This document shows, piece by piece, positions 34,852-44,207 of a DNA stretch of 47,980 nucleotides. Where the stretch lies: the NCBI GenBank assembly GCA_964475215.1, contig CAYYVT010000171.1:1-47980 (forward strand). The letters run 5' to 3'. Every line of letters begins with the position of its first letter. The first letter of the stretch is position 1. The translations under genes and the position numbers were made by a program. The notes under the pieces are model-generated. The model was not told the DNA's origin and searched no databases. It saw nothing but the letters and a program-made list of their open reading frames with translations. This DNA is from an uncultured Nitrososphaerales archaeon (lineage in GTDB: Archaea; Thermoproteota; Nitrososphaeria; Conexivisphaerales; DTJL01).

Positions 34852-36252
34852 TTGTCGGTCAAGGACACAGTGAATGTAGATTACAGCAAGTATGACTTCA
34901 AGGTCCCCGAGAGCTCCGTATTCACTACGGACAGGGGGCTGGACAAGGAGAAGGTCATCAGGATCTCGAAGTACAAGAACGAGCCAGAGTGGATGACCGA
35001 GTTCCGCGTCAGGGCCTATGAGACCTTCAAGAAGAAGCCCATCCCAGAATGGGGGGCCGACCTCTCCAAGATCGACTTCGACAACATCAGGTATTACATC
35101 AAGCCCACCGACAAGAACGTGGACAGCTGGGAGGCCCTTCCTGAGGCGATCAAGAGCACCTTCGAGAGGCTCGGGGTGCCCGAGGCCGAACGGAAGTTCC
35201 TCGCCGGCGTCGGGGCTCAGTACGAGTCCGAGGTCGTCTATCACAACATGAGAAAGGACCTGGAGAAGCAGGGGGTCGTCTTCTCCGACATGGATACCGC
35301 GGTCAAGGAGTACCCAGAGATCGTCAAGAAGTACTTCGGGACGGTGGTCCCCATAAACGACAACACCTTCTCCGCGCTCAACAGTGCCGTCTGGAGCGGG
35401 GGTAGCTTCATCTACGTCCCGGAGGGTGTCAAGGTCGAGCAGCCACTTCACGCCTACTTTAGGATAAACGCCGCGAACATGGGCCAGTTCGAAAGGACCC
35501 TCATAATCGCGGAGCCTTACAGCGACATCCATTATATTGAAGGATGCACGGCTCCCGTCTACACCTCTGATTCGCTTCACGCCGCCGTGGTGGAGCTGAT
35601 AGCGAAGAAGGGCGCCCACATAAGGTACACCACCATCCAGAACTGGTCGAAGGACGTATACAACTTGGTGACCAAGAGAGCTTTCGCCTACGAGGACGCG
35701 AGAGTCGAATGGGTCGACGGAAATTTAGGAAGCAAAATCACAATGAAGTACCCGTCGATATACCTCCTCGGCAGGGGGGCGAGGGCTGAGGTCCTGTCGG
35801 TGGCCATGGCCGGAGCGGGCCAGCACATCGACGCCGGCTCCAAGATCCTCCATCTGGCGCCCGACACCAGCTCGAGGATCACATCCAAGTCGGTGTCCAA
35901 GGATGGGGGCAGGACCACCTACAGGGGCCAGCTGCTGGTTGCCAAAGGGGCGACGGGGGTGAAGAGCAGCGTGAGGTGCGACGCGCTGATACTGGACCAG
36001 AAGTCGATGTCCGACACCTATCCCTACAACATGGTAAGCGAGAGCGACACCGTGCTGACCCATGAAGCTACCGTGGGCAAGATCGGCGAAGATCAGCTCT
36101 TCTACCTGATGAGCCGGGGCTTGACGGAGAACGAGGCACTCAACGCCGTCGTGATGGGGTTCATGGAGCCGTTCACGAAGGAGCTCCCCATGGTATACGC
36201 CATTGAGCTCAATAGGCTGATCAGCCTCGAAATGACGAACTCCGTCGGCTAG
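34852..36252 (+). CDS. sufB: Fe-S cluster assembly protein SufB
   Basis: [41 protein letters not shown]; start placed at TTG 34852. Confidence 0.95.
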   Translation: MSVKDTVNVDYSKYDFKVPESSVFTTDRGLDKEKVIRISKYKNEPEWMTEFRVRAYETFKKKPIPEWGADLSKIDFDNIRYYIKPTDKNVDSWEALPEAIKSTFERLGVPEAERKFLAGVGAQYESEVVYHNMRKDLEKQGVVFSDMDTAVKEYPEIVKKYFGTVVPINDNTFSALNSAVWSGGSFIYVPEGVKVEQPLHAYFRINAANMGQFERTLIIAEPYSDIHYIEGCTAPVYTSDSLHAAVVELIAKKGAHIRYTTIQNWSKDVYNLVTKRAFAYEDARVEWVDGNLGSKITMKYPSIYLLGRGARAEVLSVAMAGAGQHIDAGSKILHLAPDTSSRITSKSVSKDGGRTTYRGQLLVAKGATGVKSSVRCDALILDQKSMSDTYPYNMVSESDTVLTHEATVGKIGEDQLFYLMSRGLTENEALNAVVMGFMEPFTKELPMVYAIELNRLISLEMTNSVG

Positions 36253-36315
36253 ACGCTGCCGACCTGTGATATATCTGATAATTCTCATATAGTAGCTACG
36301 ATACCTGAGAATCCT

Positions 36316-37536
36316 ATGTCCGAGGCCCTCCTCAACCGAGTGAACAAGCTCTCGAAGGAGCTTGGCGAAGCGGAGGAGATGGCGAAGGCACGGAAGGACA
36401 GCTCCTCGATGTTCGAGTCACTCCCATACGAGAGGAACGTGCTCTTCGTCAAGAACTTCGAGAAGCTGCCGGAGGATCCGAACCTGTTCGAGCCTCGAGA
36501 GGGAGGTTCGTTGCCGGAGGGGATTCCCTACTCCTTCGCCATGCTGGGGTCCAGAAGTTACGTCGGATCTGCGCCCAAGGGTGTGAGCTTCGTCGACGGC
36601 AGGAAGGTGGGCCTCCCACTACTGACGCTGCCATTGCCGCAGGACGAGGACAAGATGTTCTACTTGAATGCGGCGTTCAGGGATTCCCTCAACAGGATCT
36701 CGGTCGCTCCGGGGGAGGCGATTAAGGACCCGATAACACGGCTGAGCGTCTCCCCGCCGGGCAAATCGGGCACGTTCCGCCGCACGGAGATGGAGTTCGG
36801 TGAGGGATCGACTTCGATTTTCCTCGACAGGATGGCCGATTCACCAACCGCGGAGTCGGACCCTGCCCTGCTGAGCGACCTCATCGACGTCCACATCGGA
36901 TCGAACGCCATCCTCACCTTCGTGACCCTGTTCACCGGTCGACGCGAGAGGGTGGTCCATAACACGAAGTTCGTGCTCGAGAACGGCGCCAAGCTCACCT
37001 ATGTGACGTGGTATGCCGCCTCTCCCTACGTGCGAGTGAGGACGAACGTCACCCTGAAGGGAGAAGGGGCCGAGGCCAACCTGTACTGGGGAGGTTTCCC
37101 TAAGGATTCGTCACACTACGACTACATGGCATTTGTCGAGCACCTGGGCCGCTCTACGAGAGGGTTCGCCCTCCAGAGGGGCCTTGTCAGGGGACAATCG
37201 AGGATGTTGCTGAAGGGCCTCATGACGATCAGGAACTCCGCCATCAACGCTGACAGCCACCTGAGCCAGCATGCGCTGCTGCTCACCCGCGACTCGTTCG
37301 CTAACGCCATCCCCGGGCTCGAGATAGAGACCAACGAACTCAAGGCCAAGCACGCGGCTTCGGTTTCGCAGCCGGACGAGGACCAGCTCTTTTATCTCAT
37401 GAGCAGGGGTCTCACCAGGGAGGAATCGCTGATGGAGATCGCTGGCGGCTACCTGAACCCGCTCGCCGTAAACATCCCCGACCAGGCGGCGAGGGATGCC
37501 TTTGAAGCCGAGATGAGCAAGGCCCTGAAAGGGTGA
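36316..37536 (+). CDS. sufD: Fe-S cluster assembly protein SufD
   Basis: [32 protein letters not shown]; position after sufB. Confidence 0.9.
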   Translation: MSEALLNRVNKLSKELGEAEEMAKARKDSSSMFESLPYERNVLFVKNFEKLPEDPNLFEPREGGSLPEGIPYSFAMLGSRSYVGSAPKGVSFVDGRKVGLPLLTLPLPQDEDKMFYLNAAFRDSLNRISVAPGEAIKDPITRLSVSPPGKSGTFRRTEMEFGEGSTSIFLDRMADSPTAESDPALLSDLIDVHIGSNAILTFVTLFTGRRERVVHNTKFVLENGAKLTYVTWYAASPYVRVRTNVTLKGEGAEANLYWGGFPKDSSHYDYMAFVEHLGRSTRGFALQRGLVRGQSRMLLKGLMTIRNSAINADSHLSQHALLLTRDSFANAIPGLEIETNELKAKHAASVSQPDEDQLFYLMSRGLTREESLMEIAGGYLNPLAVNIPDQAARDAFEAEMSKALKG

Positions 37537-37646
37537 TCGTTCCACTTCTTCGACGTCGTCTCTCCTGACTCGACGGTGCTAAAGTGCAGAGCATTAAAAT
37601 ATCCCGATTGAGAGTAAGCTCCGAGAAGCCACGGGAGAAAGTCGAT

Positions 37647-38882
37647 TTGGAAACAGAAATCTTGGACGTCGAGAAAATCAAGGCGGACTTCCCGATATTC
37701 TCTTGCAAATCGCCAGGTCCACCCCTTGTTTACCTCGACAACGCAGCGACCTCCCAGAAGCCGCTCGTAGTGATCAGGGCGCTGGAGGACTTCTACTCCA
37801 CATATAACTCAAACATCCATAGAGGGGTCTACAAGATCGCTGAGAGGGCGACCGCCGAATATGAAAGAGCCCGCGAAAAGGTGCGGGGATTTGTTTCGGC
37901 ACCCTCGACGGAGGAAATCGTCTTCACGAGGAACACCACCGAGTCGCTTAACCTTGTGGCCCAGAGCTGGGGGAGGAAGTTCGTTTCCAGGGGAGACAGG
38001 ATCGTGATAACTCTCCTCGAACACCACAGCAACATCGTCCCATGGCAGGAGCTTGCGAAGGAGAAGAAGGCACAGGTCGAATTCGCAGGTATCGACAAGG
38101 AGGGAAACCTCGACCTTGAGGACTTTAAGGAAAAGGTTGTCGGGGCGAAGGTCGTGGCGTTCACCCACGTCTCCAACGTCCTTGGCACGCTCAATCCGGT
38201 GAAAGAAATGGCCAAGGTGGCGCGAAGGGAAGGGGCCTTGGTCGTCATTGACGGGGCTCAGGCCGTGCCTCACATGCCGGTGGACATATCGGACATCGGG
38301 TGCGACTTCTATGCGTTCTCTGCGCACAAGATGCTCGGTCCCACCGGGGTAGGCGTCCTCTACGGAAGGCGCGAGCGGCTGGAGGAGATGCCACCTTTTC
38401 TGACGGGGGGAGACATGATCAGCGAGGTCCACCTGTCTGGAGCAGTATGGAACGATCTCCCCTGGAAGTTCGAGGCAGGGACCTCAAACATAGCCGACGT
38501 TATAGCATTCGGGGCAGCCCTGGATTATCTTTCCAATATCGGGATGTCGGCCGTCCGACGCCATGAAATCGCACTGACGGCCCAGGCCCTAGACGAGCTC
38601 CCAAAGTGCGACGGCGTGAAGGTGTACGGGCCCAGCAACCCGGAGCGGCGGGGCGCCGTCATCCCGTTCAACGTAAAGGACATTCATCCGCATGACGTTT
38701 CGGCCGTGCTGGACGGGATGGGAATAGCGGTGAGATCAGGCTACCACTGCGCCCAGCCCCTTCATGAATGGTTCGGGATTCCGAGTTCCGTCCGGGCGAG
38801 CTTCTACATCTACAACAAGGGGGAGGACGTCGACGCGCTGGTTGAGGGAGTTCGCAAGGCGGGGGAGGTGTTTGGTCGTTGA
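37647..38882 (+). CDS. sufS: Cysteine desulfurase, SufS type
   Basis: YLDNAATSQKP, EHHSNIVPW, FSAHKMLGPTG, RSGYHCAQP; start placed at TTG 37647. Confidence 0.95.
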   Translation: METEILDVEKIKADFPIFSCKSPGPPLVYLDNAATSQKPLVVIRALEDFYSTYNSNIHRGVYKIAERATAEYERAREKVRGFVSAPSTEEIVFTRNTTESLNLVAQSWGRKFVSRGDRIVITLLEHHSNIVPWQELAKEKKAQVEFAGIDKEGNLDLEDFKEKVVGAKVVAFTHVSNVLGTLNPVKEMAKVARREGALVVIDGAQAVPHMPVDISDIGCDFYAFSAHKMLGPTGVGVLYGRRERLEEMPPFLTGGDMISEVHLSGAVWNDLPWKFEAGTSNIADVIAFGAALDYLSNIGMSAVRRHEIALTAQALDELPKCDGVKVYGPSNPERRGAVIPFNVKDIHPHDVSAVLDGMGIAVRSGYHCAQPLHEWFGIPSSVRASFYIYNKGEDVDALVEGVRKAGEVFGR

Positions 38883-39280
38883 GCGAAGACGTCTACAAGG
38901 AGATAATAATGGACCACTATCGGAACCCGAGGAACTTCGGGAAGATCGAAGGGCCTGACTTCTCGGCCGAAGACAATAACCCCCTCTGCGGAGACCATGT
39001 AGAGATGGCCGTCAAGGTGGCCGACGGCAAGGTGGCCGACGTCAAGTTCATCGGCAGGGGATGCGCCATCAGCATGTCTGCGGCTTCGATAATCACGGAG
39101 CTCATCCAAGGCATGACGTTGGAGGACCTCAGGAAGTTCGACAAGGAGCAGCTCCTCGAAGCCATGGGCAACCCCGACCTGGGGCCAGTCAGGGTGAAGT
39201 GCGCCCTCCTCCCCTTGAAGACGTTAAAGCTTGGGCTCTACACATATCTGTCCAAGGAAACCGGGACCGAAGCCAAGTGA
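38879..39280 (+). CDS. sufU: SufU/IscU-type Fe-S scaffold or sulfur-transfer protein
   Basis: IMDHYRNPRNFG, NPLCGD, GCAISMSAAS, RVKCALL; TTGA overlap with sufS. Confidence 0.9.
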   Translation: MSEDVYKEIIMDHYRNPRNFGKIEGPDFSAEDNNPLCGDHVEMAVKVADGKVADVKFIGRGCAISMSAASIITELIQGMTLEDLRKFDKEQLLEAMGNPDLGPVRVKCALLPLKTLKLGLYTYLSKETGTEAK

Positions 39281-39286
39281 GCCCGG

Positions 39287-39562
39287 CTACTCTCGTATGC
39301 CTTCGAGGACGGAGACAGCGTTCCAAAGAGTGACCCTCGCGAAGGACGGGACGTTGGGGTCCTGCGAGACCTCTTCGAGAACGCTCATGGCGTTTGCGGC
39401 CCTGACCCCAGCTGAAACCCGCTTGTCGTGGAGGCCATCCACGACCTCCTTCGTGACCTTACGAATGTTGCGGGGGATGTTGGTGTTGTTCACGACCAGG
39501 TTTATCGTGTTTATCGCCTGGTTCAGCTTTTCGTCATTCTCGGCCGCCTTCTTGGTACTCAA
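39287..39562 (-). CDS. UPF0147 family protein
   Basis: [40 protein letters not shown]. Confidence 0.92.
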   Translation of the reverse strand: [91 protein letters not shown]

Positions 39563-39686
39563 ATTTGCGGAACAGCTCCTCAGCTGCGCTGCACGTCTTT
39601 ATTATGACGACCGGTTTTAAGTTTATCCATGGGTTGGAAGAAAGGCTTTATCGCCGATGGGAGGTTCCAAGGCTAGGTCAAGCGGA

Positions 39687-40022
39687 ATGGTTGACTCTAG
39701 GACCACGCAGAAGCTCATGGCCGAGATGATGAGGCAGGGGGCGACCCTGCTCAGGGAGCCATGCCCCCAATGCGGGGGGATCTTGCTCAGGTTCAAGGGG
39801 AAGGACATCTGTCCTTCCTGCTCCGGCATCACCTCCATCGACGATGTCGAGGAGATCATCGCAAAAAGGCCAGAGACCACCAAGGGAAGATCGGAAGTCG
39901 TCGCCAAGGTTCTCGACGATGCCCTCGCACAGCTCGCCAAGGAGAAGGACCCTGCGAAACGAGTCAAGCTCCTCGAAGTGGCCAAGCTGAGCGCCGAAGT
40001 CCTTAGACTGCTGAAAGATTGA
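39687..40022 (+). CDS. UPF0148 / Sjogren autoantigen p27-like Zn-ribbon protein
   Basis: AEMMRQGATLLREPCPQCG...ICPSC; divergent from UPF0147 as is usual in archaea. Confidence 0.85.
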   Translation: MVDSRTTQKLMAEMMRQGATLLREPCPQCGGILLRFKGKDICPSCSGITSIDDVEEIIAKRPETTKGRSEVVAKVLDDALAQLAKEKDPAKRVKLLEVAKLSAEVLRLLKD

Positions 40023-40027
40023 CGGAC

Positions 40028-41560
40028 CTATCCGATGAACGAGTCGAGGCCCCCCTTCTTCGCGGGCCGGCGAGCGCCTCCCTCTGAAGGAGGCTTCGGC
40101 GTGCTCAGCTGGCGTGCGTAGCTGCTGACCACCTTGAGCTTCCTCTGCACGACGCGGTAGTATGCCTCGTCCACGGTGTCCTTCACGATGAGCATTATCA
40201 TCTTGCCCTCCTTCCTCCTGCCGGTCCTCCCCCTTCTCTGGATGTACCTGATGGCGCTGGCGACGTTGTCGTAGAACACGACGAGGTTGCACTCGGCGAT
40301 GTCGAGCCCCTCTTCGCCGATCTGAGTGGCTATGAGTACTCTGTACTTGCCCCTGCGGAACATTTCCACAGCCTCAACCTGCTCCTCCTGCTTCTGTCCG
40401 GTGGCCCCCTGCTTGCCTATCAGGATCCAGGCCCTGATGCCAGCCTTCGAAAGGGCCTTGTAGATGTAGTCCACGGTCTCCCTGTACCCGGCGAAGATGA
40501 GCGCCCTGTCCTCCTCGGTGAGCTCGGCCATGAGGCCCTTTAGGGCCTCGAACTTGGGTTGCTCCATTCCGGCGACGAGGGCCCCGTTGATGAGCTCGTA
40601 AGCCTCCTTAAGCCTCGGCTCCCTGACGATCATGGTGTTGACCCTGCTCTTCTCCTCCCCGACCCGCTCATAGTAGCTGAGAAATGCCCTGTAGCTCTGG
40701 GTTTCGAGCATCTTCTCTAGGTTGAAGAGCTTGGCGGCCATGAAGTACGACAGCTTCGCGTTCCAGCTCCCCTTCTGCAGGACCATCTCCCTGTTCCGCA
40801 TCATCTCCTTGAAGCTCAGTTTATCGGCCGCCGCCCTTGGCATCAAGCTCTCCCGTGCAATGTTGGACAGCTTCTCTCTTAGGACGTCGCGGATGAGCGA
40901 GGATGCCCTTTGCATATAGTCGGGGCTCTCGAGCAATCTGACGTCCATCTTGACTTCGTGGACGTATGGCTGAATGTCCTCGCTTTCGTAGTCTCTAAAC
41001 AGGACCTTGTCGGCCGACAGGTGGCCCTTGATCTCTTCGATCTTGACCCGCTCGCTAGGCAGGGTGGCTGTGAGCCCTATCTTCTGGACTCCCTCTGATG
41101 AAAAGGTCGCCGCTATCCTGACGTAGCTGTGATCCCCAACAGCCCGATGTACCTCGTCCAAGATCAGAAGATCAAACCTCGAGGGATCGAGGAGAGATCT
41201 CTTGACGTCCTGGACGGCGATCTGAGGCGTGGCGCAGACGACCCTCGCGTTCCAGGAGTCCTCCCTCGAGTAGATGTCGTCCTCGCCCGTCACCGCCACG
41301 ATGGACCCCTTCGGAAGGTCCAGGACCTTCTCCAGGAACTCCTTGTGCTGCTGAACCAGGATTCGAGTGGGTGCAAGGAAGAGAGTCCTGCCCCCCGTGG
41401 AGGCCATTCGGTTGGCGATGACCAGGGCGGCTACGGCCGTCTTTCCCATCCCCGTGGGCAGGACTATGATGGCGTTAGAGCCTCCGGCGTCCCTTGCCAG
41501 CTCGCGCTGGTAGGTGCGTTCCTCGAGCGCTCCCTGGCGAATAAAGCGGCTGGTGGACAA
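40028..41560 (-). CDS. Hef/FANCM (Mph1)-like SF2 helicase, no nuclease domain
   Basis: RTYQ, LPTGMGKT, DEVHRA, GLTAT, EEGLDI, YIQRRGRTGR; ends GGLDSFIG. Confidence 0.9.
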   Translation of the reverse strand: MSTSRFIRQGALEERTYQRELARDAGGSNAIIVLPTGMGKTAVAALVIANRMASTGGRTLFLAPTRILVQQHKEFLEKVLDLPKGSIVAVTGEDDIYSREDSWNARVVCATPQIAVQDVKRSLLDPSRFDLLILDEVHRAVGDHSYVRIAATFSSEGVQKIGLTATLPSERVKIEEIKGHLSADKVLFRDYESEDIQPYVHEVKMDVRLLESPDYMQRASSLIRDVLREKLSNIARESLMPRAAADKLSFKEMMRNREMVLQKGSWNAKLSYFMAAKLFNLEKMLETQSYRAFLSYYERVGEEKSRVNTMIVREPRLKEAYELINGALVAGMEQPKFEALKGLMAELTEEDRALIFAGYRETVDYIYKALSKAGIRAWILIGKQGATGQKQEEQVEAVEMFRRGKYRVLIATQIGEEGLDIAECNLVVFYDNVASAIRYIQRRGRTGRRKEGKMIMLIVKDTVDEAYYRVVQRKLKVVSSYARQLSTPKPPSEGGARRPAKKGGLDSFIG

Positions 41561-41637
41561 CGGCTGGCCCCCGTAGGTCTGCGCAAGCCAACACTTTTAT
41601 CATTTGGCGCCTTCGACAGACTCCGGGCACCTGTCCC

Positions 41638-42480
41638 ATGATTGTCGATGCCGCTGAGCTTCAAAGGTCCTTGGCCGACGTAGAGTCGGCAGTGACGACG
41701 GCCCGGATGGGCGAGCTTGAGACGGCGTCGAAGGCGTGGACGCTACCCGAGAGGCTGGCAACCGAGATGAAGAAGGTGGCTGCCTCCCTGGTTGCGTTCA
41801 AGCCGAGCCACAGGGCCGGAAAGTTCCTCGTCCTCAGCGGAGTCGACAAGTCGGGCAAGGAGACCCATAGCTTCAATCAGAGCCGACTCCGCAAAATCAC
41901 CTCCGTGTACGACCACCTATGCTCGGTCGGCTTTGACGTCCTGCCGATCAGCCTCCCTTCCTACGGGACCCTCCTAGGAAGCCTGGTGGGGGCCTACCTC
42001 GGCAGGAGGGAGACGGAGGTGGCCATGGGGGGCGAGCTGAGCAGCTCGTTCGCCTGGCTCCTGTGGAGCCTCGACAGGGCTCAGTTCAACGACCAGGTGG
42101 ATCGGTGGCTTGCTGGGAGCCCCAGAAAGGTGGTCCTGGCCAAGAGGTGGACGGAGAGCCATGTGGTATACCAGCCTGAAGTGGGGGTAGACTACCACAG
42201 GGTCCTCAGGTTCGAAGAGAAAGTCGTCAAGCAGGATTTCACCGTGGTGCTGGACATCTCCCCCGCGGAGGCCTTGCTCAGGCTCAGGAAGAGGCCGGAC
42301 AGGGACAACTACGAACACGTCAGGATGATAGAGGGGGTGAGGCGCGCCTATCTGTCCCTCTCCGCGGTCTATCCCTATGGGGAGGTGTACCTTGTAGACG
42401 CATCGCGGAGCTTGGAGGAGGTCAACGGGGACATAATCTCTCTCGTTGACGAGCTCCTGCAGGTCGATGGTAAGGGATAA
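41638..42480 (+). CDS. tmk: Thymidylate kinase-like P-loop kinase with N-terminal extension
   Basis: LVLSGVDKSGKET, LLWSLDR, KRWTESHVVYQ, VVLDISP, DNYE, VDASRSLEEV. Confidence 0.75.
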   Translation: MIVDAAELQRSLADVESAVTTARMGELETASKAWTLPERLATEMKKVAASLVAFKPSHRAGKFLVLSGVDKSGKETHSFNQSRLRKITSVYDHLCSVGFDVLPISLPSYGTLLGSLVGAYLGRRETEVAMGGELSSSFAWLLWSLDRAQFNDQVDRWLAGSPRKVVLAKRWTESHVVYQPEVGVDYHRVLRFEEKVVKQDFTVVLDISPAEALLRLRKRPDRDNYEHVRMIEGVRRAYLSLSAVYPYGEVYLVDASRSLEEVNGDIISLVDELLQVDGKG

Positions 42481-42515
42481 AGCCGCGCCCCTCCGAGCAG
42501 GTCCTGAAGCGTCCA

Positions 42516-43820
42516 TTGAAGAGCGCCATCACGAAGGGTAGGCCCGTCGAAATCAGGGACCCGATCCATGGGTTCGTCAAGGTCCGGCCTGAGGAGCTGA
42601 AGGTCGTGGACACGGCATTCTTCCAGAGGCTCAGGCGAATCAGGCAGCTATCGTGCGCCTACATGGCTTATCCGGGTGCTAATCATTCGAGGTTCGAGCA
42701 CTCTTTAGGAGCCATGCATGTGGCTGGCCTCACCTCGGCTATCCTCGTGGACAAGGGCTACATCGACAAAGATGCCGAGTCGGAGCTCAGGTTGGCGGGG
42801 CTCCTCCACGACGTGGGGCACGGCCCCTTTTCTCACCTCTTCGAGGAGCTCCTGCACTCCAAGACCGGCATCACCCACGAGGACATGAGCTCTAGAATCG
42901 TGGCGGAGACGGAGGTGGGGGAGGCACTCGCCAGGGAAGGGTTCGACCCCAAGGGGATGTCGAGGTTGGCCGTGGGGAGGGCTCCCGGGAGGAAACATTT
43001 CATGAATGAAGTGATCGCGGGCACCTTGAGCGCGGACATCATGGACTACCTCCTTAGGGACTCCTATTATACGGGGGCGGGGTTCGGCAGGGTGGACATA
43101 ACCAGAGTGATAGACTCCTTCGAAGTGGACGAGGACCATCTGGCGATAGAGAGCGACGCGATTCACTCATTTGAGGCGCTCACGGTTGCACGTTATGAGA
43201 TGTTCAAGGCGGTCTACTTTCACAAGACCTGCCGTGCGGCGGAGGCCATGGTAGTCAGGGCAATGGAGCTGGCAGATGACGAGCTGGGGCTCACACAGGT
43301 GCAGGACCTTTCGAAGTTTGCCGAGCTGGACGATAGCGAAGTCCTATGTAGGATAATGGCCATGAAGGGGGGAAGCTCGGCCAAACGGGCCCAGCGGCTC
43401 GTGAAGGACTTCGTAGAGAGGAGGCTGCTGAAGTGCGTCTACGAAAAGCTGATGATAAGGAAGGAGGGCATCCTTGAGAGCCTCCTGAACAAGGCAAGCG
43501 TCAGGGCCGACGTGGTGGCGGAGATAGCGGGGATAGCCGGGGTGGACCCGCAGGATGTCTACATAGATGTCCCCACGACGCCTTCGGTGCCGTTCACCTC
43601 AGAGCGAGAGCGCTTCACGGAGCTGACGGTGGTCTCTAGGGGAGGGCCCGGCATGAAGAAGTCGAAGATATCGCTAGCCGATATTCCGGCCGTGGCCGCC
43701 ATCAGCGGGTTCATGGATGTGGTCAGGGTCTACACTCCGGCGAAGAATCGTGACAAAGTGGGTGCGGCTGTATCGAAGGTCTTGGGGGAATCTGGCTTCT
43801 CCACCAAGATCTCAGTCTAG
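42516..43820 (+). CDS. HD-domain phosphohydrolase (SAMHD1-like dNTP triphosphohydrolase family)
   Basis: IRDPIHG, FQRLRRIRQL, HSRFEHSLG, LLHDVGHGPFSH, DYLLRDS, VYFHK. Confidence 0.92.
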   Translation: MKSAITKGRPVEIRDPIHGFVKVRPEELKVVDTAFFQRLRRIRQLSCAYMAYPGANHSRFEHSLGAMHVAGLTSAILVDKGYIDKDAESELRLAGLLHDVGHGPFSHLFEELLHSKTGITHEDMSSRIVAETEVGEALAREGFDPKGMSRLAVGRAPGRKHFMNEVIAGTLSADIMDYLLRDSYYTGAGFGRVDITRVIDSFEVDEDHLAIESDAIHSFEALTVARYEMFKAVYFHKTCRAAEAMVVRAMELADDELGLTQVQDLSKFAELDDSEVLCRIMAMKGGSSAKRAQRLVKDFVERRLLKCVYEKLMIRKEGILESLLNKASVRADVVAEIAGIAGVDPQDVYIDVPTTPSVPFTSERERFTELTVVSRGGPGMKKSKISLADIPAVAAISGFMDVVRVYTPAKNRDKVGAAVSKVLGESGFSTKISV

Positions 43821-44207
43821 AATGAGCTCACCCGTCGCCCCGTCGAGGCTGGCCATCCTCCCGTCATGTTCCTTGAGCTGGGCGATCTGAAATCCGTCGG
43901 CAAGTGGGAGGCCCGCCAGTGCGCAGCCCGACACCAAGGTGATGTCCCCTTTGACGGCGACCACGGCCGAGGGGCCAAGGGCCTTCTTGGTCAGGTTGTA
44001 AATGACATAGGCGCCCACGCTGCTGCCCACGGTGTATGGGAGGGCCAACACGACACCCGTCAGCTTCTGCCCGCATAGCTCATGGTTCCTGTCGACGACC
44101 TTCCCAGAGTCGGAGTCGACGCCTCCCAAAAACGAGAGCTGCTGGCCAGTGACCAACAGCTTTCCGGAGGCCTTGCCTTGGACTAGGCCCCGGCCCGCGA
44201 GCTTCAA
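43812..44207 (-). CDS. Aconitase X swivel subunit (DUF126; phosphomevalonate dehydratase small subunit-like)
   Basis: LSFLGGVD, GQKLTG-VL, GSSVG-YV, GCALAGLP. Confidence 0.88.
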   Translation of the reverse strand: MKLAGRGLVQGKASGKLLVTGQQLSFLGGVDSDSGKVVDRNHELCGQKLTGVVLALPYTVGSSVGAYVIYNLTKKALGPSAVVAVKGDITLVSGCALAGLPLADGFQIAQLKEHDGRMASLDGATGELILD

